From IMG/VR virus record IMGVR_UViG_3300043420_000786, positions 1 through 53,965 of that record: 53,965 bases of DNA; one strand, 5' to 3'. This DNA comes from a virus. Lineage: Duplodnaviria > Caudoviricetes. A program made the translations under genes and the position numbers. The first letter of the stretch is position 1; each line of letters begins with the position of its first letter. A model generated the notes under the pieces. That model saw only the letters and a list, made by a program, of their open reading frames with translations, did not search any database and was not told the origin of the DNA. Shown here piece after piece: positions 37,828 through 46,534 of this stretch.

Positions 37828-39114
37828 ATGGATCCCAAGCAACTTGCAGAAGAAATCATTGATAATCTATTTTCAGAAATAGATCCAAACGATGAAATCG
37901 AAGAAACCGAAGAATACGAAGATGACCTTTACGAAGAAGTAGAGGATGAAGATGAAACGGAGGAAGATGATTCTGAAGATGATTCTGAAGATGATTCTGA
38001 AGATGATTCTGAAGATGATTACGAGGAAGATGATTCTGAAGATTCCACACCAATGAAATCTACTTCTGAACCAAAAGTTTCTGGTGGATCCGATCTGGGT
38101 TCAACTTTAAATATGAAACCTTCTTATGCAAGTGCTCAAATGCCAACAGGTGGGGTTCCTTCCTCTGGTGATGATTTGGAGTCTGATGCAAACGGAGGAT
38201 CATCACACGATGCAATGGGTAAAGGATTCCAATTAGGAACCAAACAATATGTTGGACCAGGACCAGGCCAAATAGCAGGAACTCTTTCTATGAAACCATC
38301 ATCTGCTTCTCCACAAATGCCATCGGTATTTGGACCAACCTTGAACAAGGAAGAACTCCAAAAAGATGTTCGTGCAATGTTCGGTGGAAGCGAGGATCTT
38401 TCGGAAGAATTCGTTTCTAAGGCGGCTTCTCTATATGAGGCAGCAATTGTTACAAAAATTAACATGATTGCGGGTGCTCTTCGTGAAGAATTGGCAGAAC
38501 AATTCTCTGATAAGATTGTAGAAGTCAAGGAAACACTCGAAGAACAGTTAGACACTTATCTCAATTATGTTGTCGAGGAATGGATTAAGGAAAACGAAAT
38601 CGCCGTAGAAAGCGGTTTACGCACAGAAATTTCGGAAAACTTCATAAGAGGATTGAAAAATCTTTTCACAGAATCTTATATCGAAGTTCCAGAGGAGAAA
38701 ACAAATGTTTTTGATGAACTATCAGAAGCCGTTTCTCATCTTGAGAATCGTTTGAATGAAGAAATTGAAACAAATGCAAACCTCATCAACAAGATAAAGT
38801 CTCTAAAGGCTCAACAAATCTTTCAAGAGCAAACATCTCATCTAACTGCATTAGAAGCGGAACAAATTCGTCACCTTGCTGAAAATGTAGCATTTGAGTC
38901 CGAAAAAGACTACTCTGAAAAAGTTTCAGTTTTGGTAGAAGGATATGTAAATACTACCAAACCAAAGAAGACTTTAAAAGAATCAAAACAACAAACAAAA
39001 CAAAATCTCTTCGAAAGAGTAATTCTTGAAGAAGAAACAGAAGAAGAGATTGAACAAATTTCACCCTCAATGGAGATCTATTCTAGAGCAATAGAAAGAT
39101 CTCTGCAAAAATAA
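37828..39114 (+). CDS. gp22: Prohead scaffold protein gp22
   Basis: LSEEFVSKA..LYEAA, YLNYVVEEW..EN..A...GLRTEI.E.F..GLK.LF.E.YI.VPEEK. Confidence 0.92.
   Translation: MDPKQLAEEIIDNLFSEIDPNDEIEETEEYEDDLYEEVEDEDETEEDDSEDDSEDDSEDDSEDDYEEDDSEDSTPMKSTSEPKVSGGSDLGSTLNMKPSYASAQMPTGGVPSSGDDLESDANGGSSHDAMGKGFQLGTKQYVGPGPGQIAGTLSMKPSSASPQMPSVFGPTLNKEELQKDVRAMFGGSEDLSEEFVSKAASLYEAAIVTKINMIAGALREELAEQFSDKIVEVKETLEEQLDTYLNYVVEEWIKENEIAVESGLRTEISENFIRGLKNLFTESYIEVPEEKTNVFDELSEAVSHLENRLNEEIETNANLINKIKSLKAQQIFQEQTSHLTALEAEQIRHLAENVAFESEKDYSEKVSVLVEGYVNTTKPKKTLKESKQQTKQNLFERVILEEETEEEIEQISPSMEIYSRAIERSLQK
37963..38037 (+). repeat. 12-bp tandem repeat GAAGATGATTCT (EDDS)n in gp22
   Basis: Four consecutive perfect copies at 37963-38010, then a variant and a fifth copy. 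Confidence 0.9.
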
Positions 39115-39118
39115 AAAT

Positions 39119-39126
39119 TCTAAATA
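39119..39126 (+). promoter_or_regulatory. Late promoter variant (TCTAAATA) upstream of gp23
   Basis: TAAATA core in the gp22-gp23 intergenic region, followed by AAGGAG SD. Confidence 0.55.
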
Positions 39127-39159
39127 TTAAAAGATTTAGGTTAAAAGGAGTAACAACAA

Positions 39160-40599
39160 ATGGATAAGACAATGCTTTGTGAAAGCACAAGAAAAAAGTG
39201 GGCGCCTATCGTAGAACACAAGGCTCTCCCAGAAATCAAAGATTCGTATAAGAAAAATGTAACAACTATTCTTCTTGAGAACCAAGAAAGATTCCTTCGT
39301 GAAGATTCTCTTCAAGGTATAGCAGGAACAGGTTTAGGAACAATCGGTGGTGCTTCTACCACAGCAGGACAAGGTATTGATGCCTTTGATCCAATCCTAA
39401 TCTCTCTTGTTCGTCGTGCAATGCCAAATTTGATGGCTTACGACATCGCTGGTGTACAACCAATGAATGGTCCAACAGGACTCATCTTCGCAATGAAGTC
39501 CAAGTACGGCAACACAGATTCCGATGGAAATAGAACAGGTGCAGAGGCTCTCTATAATGAAGCACTGAACTCTTCTGGTTCTAGCACAAACACAGTATAC
39601 GGTCAAATGGATGACATTTTTGCTGGTGAATTAGGATCCACCACAGGTGCATTCGAAGCAGGCCGTCCAATGCCAACAACAACTGCTGAAAGACTTGGTG
39701 GTACAAGTCTGACACCAGCAGGTGCAGCATTCAACGAGATGTCCTTCACAATCGAGAAGACATCCGTAACTGCTAAGTCTCGTGCTCTCAAGGCAGAATA
39801 CACAACTGAACTCGCTCAAGACCTCAAGGCCGTTCACGGACTTGATGCTGAGACAGAGTTGGCTAACATCCTTTCTACGGAAATTATGTTCGAAATCAAC
39901 CGCGAACTAGTCCGCACAATCTATGATGTTGCTAAACTCGGTTGCAAGCAAGCAGATCTTGCTTCTATGACAACCTCTCCCTGGGGCAATCCAGCAGTTC
40001 TCGGTGGTCAATACGATCTTGAACTCGACTCTGACGGTCGTTGGTCTGCTGAAAAGTTCCGTGGCTTGACATTCCAAATTGAAAGAGAATGCAATGTCAT
40101 CGGTGCTGAAACACGCCGCGGTAAGGGTAATATGGCAATCGTTTCCCCAGATGTCGCCGCTGCTCTCTCTATGAGCGGTCTTCTCGACTTCTCTCCAGCA
40201 TTCAGTGGACAACTCTCCACCGATGTAAACGGAAACACCTTTGCTGGTACACTCCACCAAGGTAGAATCAAGGTCTACATCGACCCATATTCTATGCCAA
40301 CAGACTACAATGATTTCACTCCAATTGATTTCATCTGCCTTGGCTACAAGGGAACAAGTCCATATGACGCTGGTATTTTCTACTGCCCATATGTTCCTCT
40401 CCAAATGGTAAGAGCAGTTGACACAAGCACATTCCAACCAAAGATCGGCTTCAAGACTCGTTACGGTATGGTAAGCAATCCATTCGTAAGAGGAACGAAC
40501 GGATTGGGTGATGGTGAAGCACTTTCTCGTCGTCGCAATCAGTACTACCGTATCTTCAAGGTCAAGAACCTCCACGGTAATGACGCTACACTCAACTAA
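39160..40599 (+). CDS. gp23: Major capsid protein gp23
   Basis: DPILISLVRRAMPNL.AYDI.GVQPM.GPTGLIFAM, KSRALKAEY..ELAQDLKAVHGLDAE, FYCPYVPLQM, FQPKIGFKTRYG. Confidence 0.98.
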   Translation: MDKTMLCESTRKKWAPIVEHKALPEIKDSYKKNVTTILLENQERFLREDSLQGIAGTGLGTIGGASTTAGQGIDAFDPILISLVRRAMPNLMAYDIAGVQPMNGPTGLIFAMKSKYGNTDSDGNRTGAEALYNEALNSSGSSTNTVYGQMDDIFAGELGSTTGAFEAGRPMPTTTAERLGGTSLTPAGAAFNEMSFTIEKTSVTAKSRALKAEYTTELAQDLKAVHGLDAETELANILSTEIMFEINRELVRTIYDVAKLGCKQADLASMTTSPWGNPAVLGGQYDLELDSDGRWSAEKFRGLTFQIERECNVIGAETRRGKGNMAIVSPDVAAALSMSGLLDFSPAFSGQLSTDVNGNTFAGTLHQGRIKVYIDPYSMPTDYNDFTPIDFICLGYKGTSPYDAGIFYCPYVPLQMVRAVDTSTFQPKIGFKTRYGMVSNPFVRGTNGLGDGEALSRRRNQYYRIFKVKNLHGNDATLN

Positions 40600-40621
40600 T
40601 ATTGAGTAAAACTTAGTAACG

Positions 40622-40654
40622 GGGGGGGATCGAAAGATCCCCCCCTCTTGCTTT
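40622..40654 (+). terminator. Intrinsic terminator after gp23
   Basis: GGGGGGGATC-GAAA-GATCCCCCCC, a 10-bp stem with GNRA loop, followed by TCTTGCTTT. Confidence 0.85.
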
Positions 40655-40675
40655 ATAGATACTGTAGGAGAATTT

Positions 40676-41233
40676 ATGGAAGTATCTTCAACAATACCTT
40701 ACTCATATCTGGGTAGTCAAGCATTGAAAGATGCTATGGCTAGACAACCAAAACAAGAAAATCCACTGCAACTTAACGAATATAAATTCGTATTGCACAG
40801 AACACCTCATCTTGTCTATTTTTGTCAATCTGTAAATCTGCCAGGAATTTCTCTTGGTGAAACGGTTCTACCTAGTCCTTTTGCTACTTCTATTCGTAGA
40901 CCAGGAACATCTATAAAAATGGATGATCTCACTATAGATTTTTTGGTAAACGAAAATATGTCAAACTGGACAGAAATAAGAAACTGGATGACTATATTAC
41001 TCAACGAGAGAAATTACGGTCAGCAAGCACCAAATGAAAGAGAAAAATTCTCAGATGCGAGTTTAATTCTTATGAATAGTGCATCTAAAGCATTTATAGA
41101 AGTTTCTTTTACAGATGTGTTTCCCATACAATTAGCATCAATACAATTTGATTCAAAAGTTACAGATATTTTACCAGCAACATCAAAAGTAACATTTGCA
41201 TACACAGGATATGAATATCGTTATTATTCTTAA
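40676..41233 (+). CDS. gp3: Tail completion / tube terminator gp3-like
   Basis: YFCQSVNLPGISLG, FLVNENMSNW.EI.NW, SDASL, F.DVFP..L..IQFD; TATAGATA late-promoter variant at 40654. Confidence 0.85.
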   Translation: MEVSSTIPYSYLGSQALKDAMARQPKQENPLQLNEYKFVLHRTPHLVYFCQSVNLPGISLGETVLPSPFATSIRRPGTSIKMDDLTIDFLVNENMSNWTEIRNWMTILLNERNYGQQAPNEREKFSDASLILMNSASKAFIEVSFTDVFPIQLASIQFDSKVTDILPATSKVTFAYTGYEYRYYS

Positions 41234-41239
41234 TACACT

Positions 41240-41677
41240 ATGAATCTAAACACAATTCGTGAAATGGTTTCTCAGGACATTCCTATTGACGAAACAAGTC
41301 TTGACAAGGAATCACTGAACATTCCAAAATTACATAACAAATACTTGAATATTCTACACGACGAAAAACTCTTGTTACAAAAATACAAGATAGAACTTTA
41401 TAAGATGGAAAAATTAAAGTGGGAATACTTTAATGGTAAACTTGACGAGCAGACTCTAAAAGACCTCAACTGGGAACCGTTTCAACTTCGTATACTGAAA
41501 CAAGATGTTGAGTTGTATATGAACGCGGATGATGATTTGGTCACCATTCGTTCAAAGGTTGCTTGTCAAGAAGAAAAAATAAATTACCTTGAGTCCACAA
41601 TCAAGGGTCTGAATAATCGTCAGTATCATATCAGAGATGCTATTATTTGGCGCAAATTTATCAATGGTGTTTCTTGA
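41240..41677 (+). CDS. uvsY: Recombination mediator UvsY
   Basis: ESLNIPKLHNKYL, Y.NADDDL, R.YHIRDAI.WRKF..G. Confidence 0.9.
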   Translation: MNLNTIREMVSQDIPIDETSLDKESLNIPKLHNKYLNILHDEKLLLQKYKIELYKMEKLKWEYFNGKLDEQTLKDLNWEPFQLRILKQDVELYMNADDDLVTIRSKVACQEEKINYLESTIKGLNNRQYHIRDAIIWRKFINGVS

Positions 41678-41692
41678 TAAATAAATAATGAT

Positions 41693-43201
41693 ATGAATGA
41701 TTTTGAAATAGAACCAGTAGATTCTGTCTTCATAAAAGTAAATTGTGATTCTGGATTCACAAAAGAATTATCCGATTACTTTACTTTTCAAGTACCAGGT
41801 CACAAATTTATGCCTGCATACAGAAACAGAATGTGGGATGGTAAAATCAAATTATACAATTCTTTGACAAAACAGATTTATGCTGGTCTGTATGATTATG
41901 TTGTTAAATTTGCTAAGGATAGAAATTATTCTGTTAAAGAATTCGATCAACCAAACAATCAAGATATAACTCAAGACTATGTAAAAGAATACTGCAAAAC
42001 ACTTAAGATAAGTGCTGGTGGTAAACCTATTGAACCCCACAATCACCAAATTGAAGGAATAACTCACGCTCTCTCAAAAGAAAGATGTCTGTTACTTTCT
42101 CCTACAGGTTCTGGTAAGAGTTTAATGATTTATGTAATATGCAGGTATTTACAAGATCAGATTCCAGAAGATAAAAAAATACTAGTGATAGTCCCCACTA
42201 TTTCTCTGGTTTCTCAAATGTATTCTGATTTTTTTGATTATTCAAAAGGAACCAAATGGAAGTGTAGGGAGAATTGTCATAAGATATTTGGTGGACAAGA
42301 GAAAGAGACAGACAAGCAGATAGTCATAACTACTTGGCAAAGCATATACAACTTACCAGAAAAATATTTCAAAGATTTTAGTGTCGTGATAGGTGATGAA
42401 TGTCATCTGTTTAAATCAAAATCTTTGACAAGTATTATGTCAAAGTTAAAAAATTGTCCATATAGAATAGGTACAACTGGAACTTTGGATGGTTCTTTTA
42501 CACACAAACTTGTAATAGAAGGATTATTTGGCAGAGTACATAAGTTGACTTCAACAAAAGAACTTATGGATAAAAACCTTCTATCGGATCTTTCTATTGA
42601 TTGTTTGGTTCTACAGTATCCAAATTCTGTAAGACAGACTTTTAAAAAACTAACATATCAAGAAGAGATAGATTGGTTAGTACAGAACAATGCTAGAAAT
42701 GATTTTATCGCAAAACTTTCAAACAGTATGAAAGGAAACACTCTTGTTCTGTTTCAATTTGTAGAAAAACACGGAAAACCTTTATTTGATAAAATCAAAT
42801 CTTTGGCGAAAAACAGAAAGGTATTCTTCATTCATGGCGGAACCGAAGCAGATGATAGAGAAAGTATTCGTCAAATTGTAGAAAAAGAAGAAAACGCCAT
42901 TTTGGTTGCTTCCTATGGAACATTCTCTACTGGTGTATCTATCAAAAGACTACATAATATTGTGTTCTCGTCTCCATCAAAAAGTCGAATAAGGGTTTTA
43001 CAATCCATAGGAAGACAATTGAGAAAATCAGAACACAAGGAAAAGGCAAAGTTGTACGATATTTCTGATGATCTATCTTGGAAATCATATCAAAACCATA
43101 CTCTCAAACATTTTATAGAGAGAGTAAAGATATACGAATCAGAAAAATTTGACTACAAGAAGATTCTAATACCCATAGAGGAGTCAAATGGAACAGACTA
43201 A
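41693..43201 (+). CDS. uvsW: DNA/RNA helicase UvsW
   Basis: SPTGSGKS, DECH, GTTGT, ASYGTFSTG, QSIGR; ATAAATA late promoter motifs immediately upstream. Confidence 0.96.
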   Translation: MNDFEIEPVDSVFIKVNCDSGFTKELSDYFTFQVPGHKFMPAYRNRMWDGKIKLYNSLTKQIYAGLYDYVVKFAKDRNYSVKEFDQPNNQDITQDYVKEYCKTLKISAGGKPIEPHNHQIEGITHALSKERCLLLSPTGSGKSLMIYVICRYLQDQIPEDKKILVIVPTISLVSQMYSDFFDYSKGTKWKCRENCHKIFGGQEKETDKQIVITTWQSIYNLPEKYFKDFSVVIGDECHLFKSKSLTSIMSKLKNCPYRIGTTGTLDGSFTHKLVIEGLFGRVHKLTSTKELMDKNLLSDLSIDCLVLQYPNSVRQTFKKLTYQEEIDWLVQNNARNDFIAKLSNSMKGNTLVLFQFVEKHGKPLFDKIKSLAKNRKVFFIHGGTEADDRESIRQIVEKEENAILVASYGTFSTGVSIKRLHNIVFSSPSKSRIRVLQSIGRQLRKSEHKEKAKLYDISDDLSWKSYQNHTLKHFIERVKIYESEKFDYKKILIPIEESNGTD

Positions 43202-43826
43202 TTACAGAATCCTCAAATTAAAAAATGGTGAATCTTTAATTGCTGGTTTGATGCCAGTAACAAAAAAGGATATGATGACTTTAGAAAACCCGATGGTTTT
43301 CAAGACAGTTTCGATGATAGATGAAAAGAATCTAGGAATGAAAGAATTCTTGGTAATCAGAAACTGGAACGAATATTCCACAGATAAAACAGTAGACATA
43401 GCAATAGATTGTGTAATGGCCATACTGATCCCAGATGAAAAAATATCATCAGTTTATGACTTCGAGAAAAATAAAAAAACTATGTCTAATACTGAATTGG
43501 AAGATTTTCTTAAACAACATCAAGATCAAAATACACAAAAACCAAATGGACATTTTAACACGGTAAATGTTGAATTGCAATTATCACCAGAAGCGTCTAT
43601 GAATTTTCTAGATCTATTGGGCATAGAACTAGAAGATATGGAAGAACTGGAAGATATGGACGAGGAAGATGTTGATGATGAAGATCTAGAGGATTTTTTG
43701 GAGGAAGAGCCACAAATATCTGCTCCTCTCCCCAAGAAAAAAAATAAGCCCACTGAAAACAAAAAAACTACTTGGGGTAATTCTTTTGAAGACTGGTCGC
43801 CCGATCCTAATGACTATCTTAAGTAA
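43188..43826 (+). CDS. Hypothetical protein (Sm-like N-terminus, acidic tail) at the usual uvsW-gp55 position
   Basis: ILKLKNGESLIA...LENPM motif; GAGGAG SD. Confidence 0.65.
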   Translation: MEQTNYRILKLKNGESLIAGLMPVTKKDMMTLENPMVFKTVSMIDEKNLGMKEFLVIRNWNEYSTDKTVDIAIDCVMAILIPDEKISSVYDFEKNKKTMSNTELEDFLKQHQDQNTQKPNGHFNTVNVELQLSPEASMNFLDLLGIELEDMEELEDMDEEDVDDEDLEDFLEEEPQISAPLPKKKNKPTENKKTTWGNSFEDWSPDPNDYLK

Positions 43827-43853
43827 TAGGTCTTATCAAACCTGGCACAGAGA

Positions 43854-43881
43854 AGTATAACAAACTTTTTAAAGGTGTCAA
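43854..43881 (-). promoter_or_regulatory. Sigma70-type promoter, antisense to uvsW region
   Basis: Minus strand reads TTGACA-16 nt-TATACT with an extended -10 TGn. Confidence 0.65.
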
Positions 43882-43900
43882 GTAAATACCATTAATTTTC

Positions 43901-43928
43901 TTGACTGTGCAAAGAACTGAAGTATAAT
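43901..43928 (+). promoter_or_regulatory. Sigma70-type promoter for the gp55 operon
   Basis: TTGACT-16 nt-TATAAT, with GGAG SD at 43937-43940. Confidence 0.8.
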
Positions 43929-43946
43929 CTTTGCACGGAGACAATA

Positions 43947-44438
43947 ATGAAAAAACAAAAACGAAAAACAGAACATTACTTAGACAACAAAAAGTTCTTC
44001 GAAGAGATGCAAAAATGGAAAAAGACTGTTTTAGAAGCAGAACAGTCGGGGGAAGACAAACCCCCAGTTACGGAGTATATTGGTATAGCATTTTTGCAAA
44101 TAGCAGAAAATTTAGCAAAGAAACCTAATTTTGTAAACTATCAATTTAAAGAGGATATGATAAGCGATGGTGTCGAGAATTGCTTAATGTATGCTTCTAA
44201 TTTTGATCCAGAAAAGTCCAGTAATCCCTTTTCTTATTTTACACAGATAATATACTATGCATTCTTGAGACGAATACAAAAAGAAAAGAAACAAAATTAC
44301 ATTAAATACAAATACTTAGAATCACTGGACAAGGTTGGAGATTTTTCTGAGATACTGAGAATGATGGGTATAACAGACGAAGAGAAAAATTCGTTTTCCA
44401 CATTTGAAAAGAAATCAAAAGGAAAGAAGAAAGAATGA
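43947..44438 (+). CDS. gp55: Late-transcription sigma factor gp55
   Basis: HYLDNKKF, KPNFVNY, MISDGVENCL.Y..NFDPEKS.NPFSYFTQI.YYAFLRRIQKEKKQ. Confidence 0.96.
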   Translation: MKKQKRKTEHYLDNKKFFEEMQKWKKTVLEAEQSGEDKPPVTEYIGIAFLQIAENLAKKPNFVNYQFKEDMISDGVENCLMYASNFDPEKSSNPFSYFTQIIYYAFLRRIQKEKKQNYIKYKYLESLDKVGDFSEILRMMGITDEEKNSFSTFEKKSKGKKKE

Positions 44439-45478
44439 AAGTCGCAGTAGTGACCGATACTCATTTTGGGGTTAAGAACGATTCTCCTTTGTTTTTAGAT
44501 GAGTTTCTATCTTTCTTCGAAAAACAGTTCTTTCCCTATCTTCTAGAAAACAACATCACTACGGTCTTACATCTAGGTGATCTTTTGGATCGAAGAAAAT
44601 TTGTAAACTTCTATACTCTGGCACAAGTCAGAGATAGATTTATGTCGTTCTTCGAGAAGCACAATATAACTCTGCATATCATTCTAGGCAATCACGATAC
44701 ATTCTATCGTAATACTAGCAGCATCAACTCTATGACAGAGTTGTTTTCTCATTACAACAATATTCACATTTACAGTGATCCAGTTACTATAAATCTAGAT
44801 GGTGTGGATATTGGTCTAGTTCCGTGGATAAATGAAGCAAATACAGATAAGTGTATACAGTTTCTGAACGATGCAAGTGTTTCCATCGTCATGGGTCACT
44901 TTGAAATAAACGGATTTCAGGTTGTGTCAGGAGTAAAACACGAACACGGTCTTTCTCCTTCCTTGTTCGATAAGTTTGATGCTGTTTATTCTGGTCATTT
45001 TCATATAAAGCAGACAGACAAGAACATAACATATCTGGGAACACCTTATCAAATAACATTTTCAGATGCATATGACAATAAGGGGTTTCATATCTTCGAC
45101 ACCGAAGATTGCAGTATGACTTTTATTGTAAATGAAAGAAAGATGTTCTATGTTATAACTTATGACGATAGAACGGAAGACCCACTCAAGAGTTTGGATG
45201 TCAGTAAATACAAGAATAGTTTTGTCAAAATTATAGTAACCAACAAGACAAAACCATACACATATGATCGGTATATTGATGCCATATATTCGATGCAACC
45301 GGCTTCAGTAACCTTCATAGAAGATGTCGTTGAGATTTCTAAGGAAGATATAGTTGACACTACCGAAGATACGATTACAATCATCAATAACGAAATCGAC
45401 TCTATGGAAGAAGTCGATGATAAACCCAAGTTGAAGAAAATCGTACAAGAACTGTATATGGAAAGTCTCACGCTATGA
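44435..45478 (+). CDS. gp47: Recombination endonuclease subunit gp47 (Mre11/SbcD-like)
   Basis: DTHFG, GDLLDRR, GNHD, GHFE, SGHFH phosphoesterase motifs. Confidence 0.95.
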   Translation: MKVAVVTDTHFGVKNDSPLFLDEFLSFFEKQFFPYLLENNITTVLHLGDLLDRRKFVNFYTLAQVRDRFMSFFEKHNITLHIILGNHDTFYRNTSSINSMTELFSHYNNIHIYSDPVTINLDGVDIGLVPWINEANTDKCIQFLNDASVSIVMGHFEINGFQVVSGVKHEHGLSPSLFDKFDAVYSGHFHIKQTDKNITYLGTPYQITFSDAYDNKGFHIFDTEDCSMTFIVNERKMFYVITYDDRTEDPLKSLDVSKYKNSFVKIIVTNKTKPYTYDRYIDAIYSMQPASVTFIEDVVEISKEDIVDTTEDTITIINNEIDSMEEVDDKPKLKKIVQELYMESLTL

Positions 45479-46068
45479 ATATCTTTGTATTAGCACACGA
45501 CCCTTATATTGCTGCCAAACAAATGTGCGACAAGCATGTGGTCAAAATGATTGTGGAAACCGCCCAAATGCTTTCCACTGCTCACCGCGTACTTGATGGT
45601 GTTCCTCTGAATAGCACTTCTGCTTCTGGTAGAAAGTACAAGAAATATGTTATGCCAGATGCACAGTGGGACAATATTCTATGTAAAGCGGTTATGCCAA
45701 ATCACCCCTGCACTGCTTGGTGTATGGAGACACGGGAAAACTACAAGTGGTTGTGTCGTCACGGTATGCAACTGTTGCAAGAATATACTGTGCGTTATGG
45801 TAAAGTTCACAAGATGGAACCCCTATACTGGGAATATTTGATCCATACTCCCAAGATGTTTGTTCATCACAAGCATCATATTCTCACGGAGTTCCCACAA
45901 GCGATGCCGCCACAGTACAGGGATCCAGATCCCGTCACAGCGTATCGCCAATACTACATAAATGAGAAGTCCCGCTTCGCAAAGTGGAAGATGGGTAATA
46001 TTCCTGATTGGTATACCGAGGGTCTAAATGCAAAACAAATTTCTTCAAGAAATGAACAACTTACATAA
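45475..46068 (+). CDS. Pyrimidine-dimer DNA glycosylase / DenV-like family protein
   Basis: MNIFVL..DP..AA...CDKHVVKM..E.AQMLSTAH, NHPC..W, PQAMP, AYRQYY. Confidence 0.75.
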   Translation: MNIFVLAHDPYIAAKQMCDKHVVKMIVETAQMLSTAHRVLDGVPLNSTSASGRKYKKYVMPDAQWDNILCKAVMPNHPCTAWCMETRENYKWLCRHGMQLLQEYTVRYGKVHKMEPLYWEYLIHTPKMFVHHKHHILTEFPQAMPPQYRDPDPVTAYRQYYINEKSRFAKWKMGNIPDWYTEGLNAKQISSRNEQLT

Positions 46069-46528
46069 ACTGTATGAAAATACAGGTCATGTAGAATTGA
46101 CAGAATTGGAAGATGGATATGTTCTGGTTACAGTTGATAAAATCGACATTAGATATATCCTAGAAGAAAACAATTTTGAATATGTGCAGACAACTGATGG
46201 GATTATTGTAACTGATCCATTTGAAGAATTAATTGAAGAATTCGAGGAATATGATTTCCTAGTTAGTTCTGCCACAGAGATACTGGAAGGTGCTGCTAAG
46301 AAGAAATTAGTTATCAGAAAAGGAAAAAGAAAAATCATATTTAAATGCCCTCCAGGTCAAAAAAAGGTGGGGCGCCGCTGCAACAAAAGACCTTCTAGGG
46401 ATCTTATGAAACTTAAGAGAAGAGCAAAGAGAGCAGCAAGGAAAGCAAAAAGAAAGAGATCTCAAGCAAACAGAAAGAGAAAGATTTCTTTAAAAAGAAG
46501 ACCGCATAAAGCCAAACACAAGAAGTGA
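46028..46528 (+). CDS. gp68-like prohead core protein (acidic N-half, very basic C-half)
   Basis: C-terminal RRAKRAARKAKRKRSQANRKRKISLKRR resembles the T4 gp68 tail as recalled; ILE-G is a possible gp21 cleavage site. Confidence 0.55.
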   Translation: MQNKFLQEMNNLHKLYENTGHVELTELEDGYVLVTVDKIDIRYILEENNFEYVQTTDGIIVTDPFEELIEEFEEYDFLVSSATEILEGAAKKKLVIRKGKRKIIFKCPPGQKKVGRRCNKRPSRDLMKLKRRAKRAARKAKRKRSQANRKRKISLKRRPHKAKHKK

Positions 46529-46534
46529 TTTATT

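Noticed and set aside
37963-38037. Direct repeats as a possible CRISPR array
   Set aside because: 12-bp in-frame units without spacers; this is a coding repeat.
39907-40575. 222-aa minus-strand ORF within gp23
   Set aside because: Same shadow effect; fully antisense to the conserved capsid gene.
43931-44128. 65-aa ORF overlapping the gp55 start
   Set aside because: TTG start lies before the predicted TSS, has no SD and overlaps gp55 out of frame.
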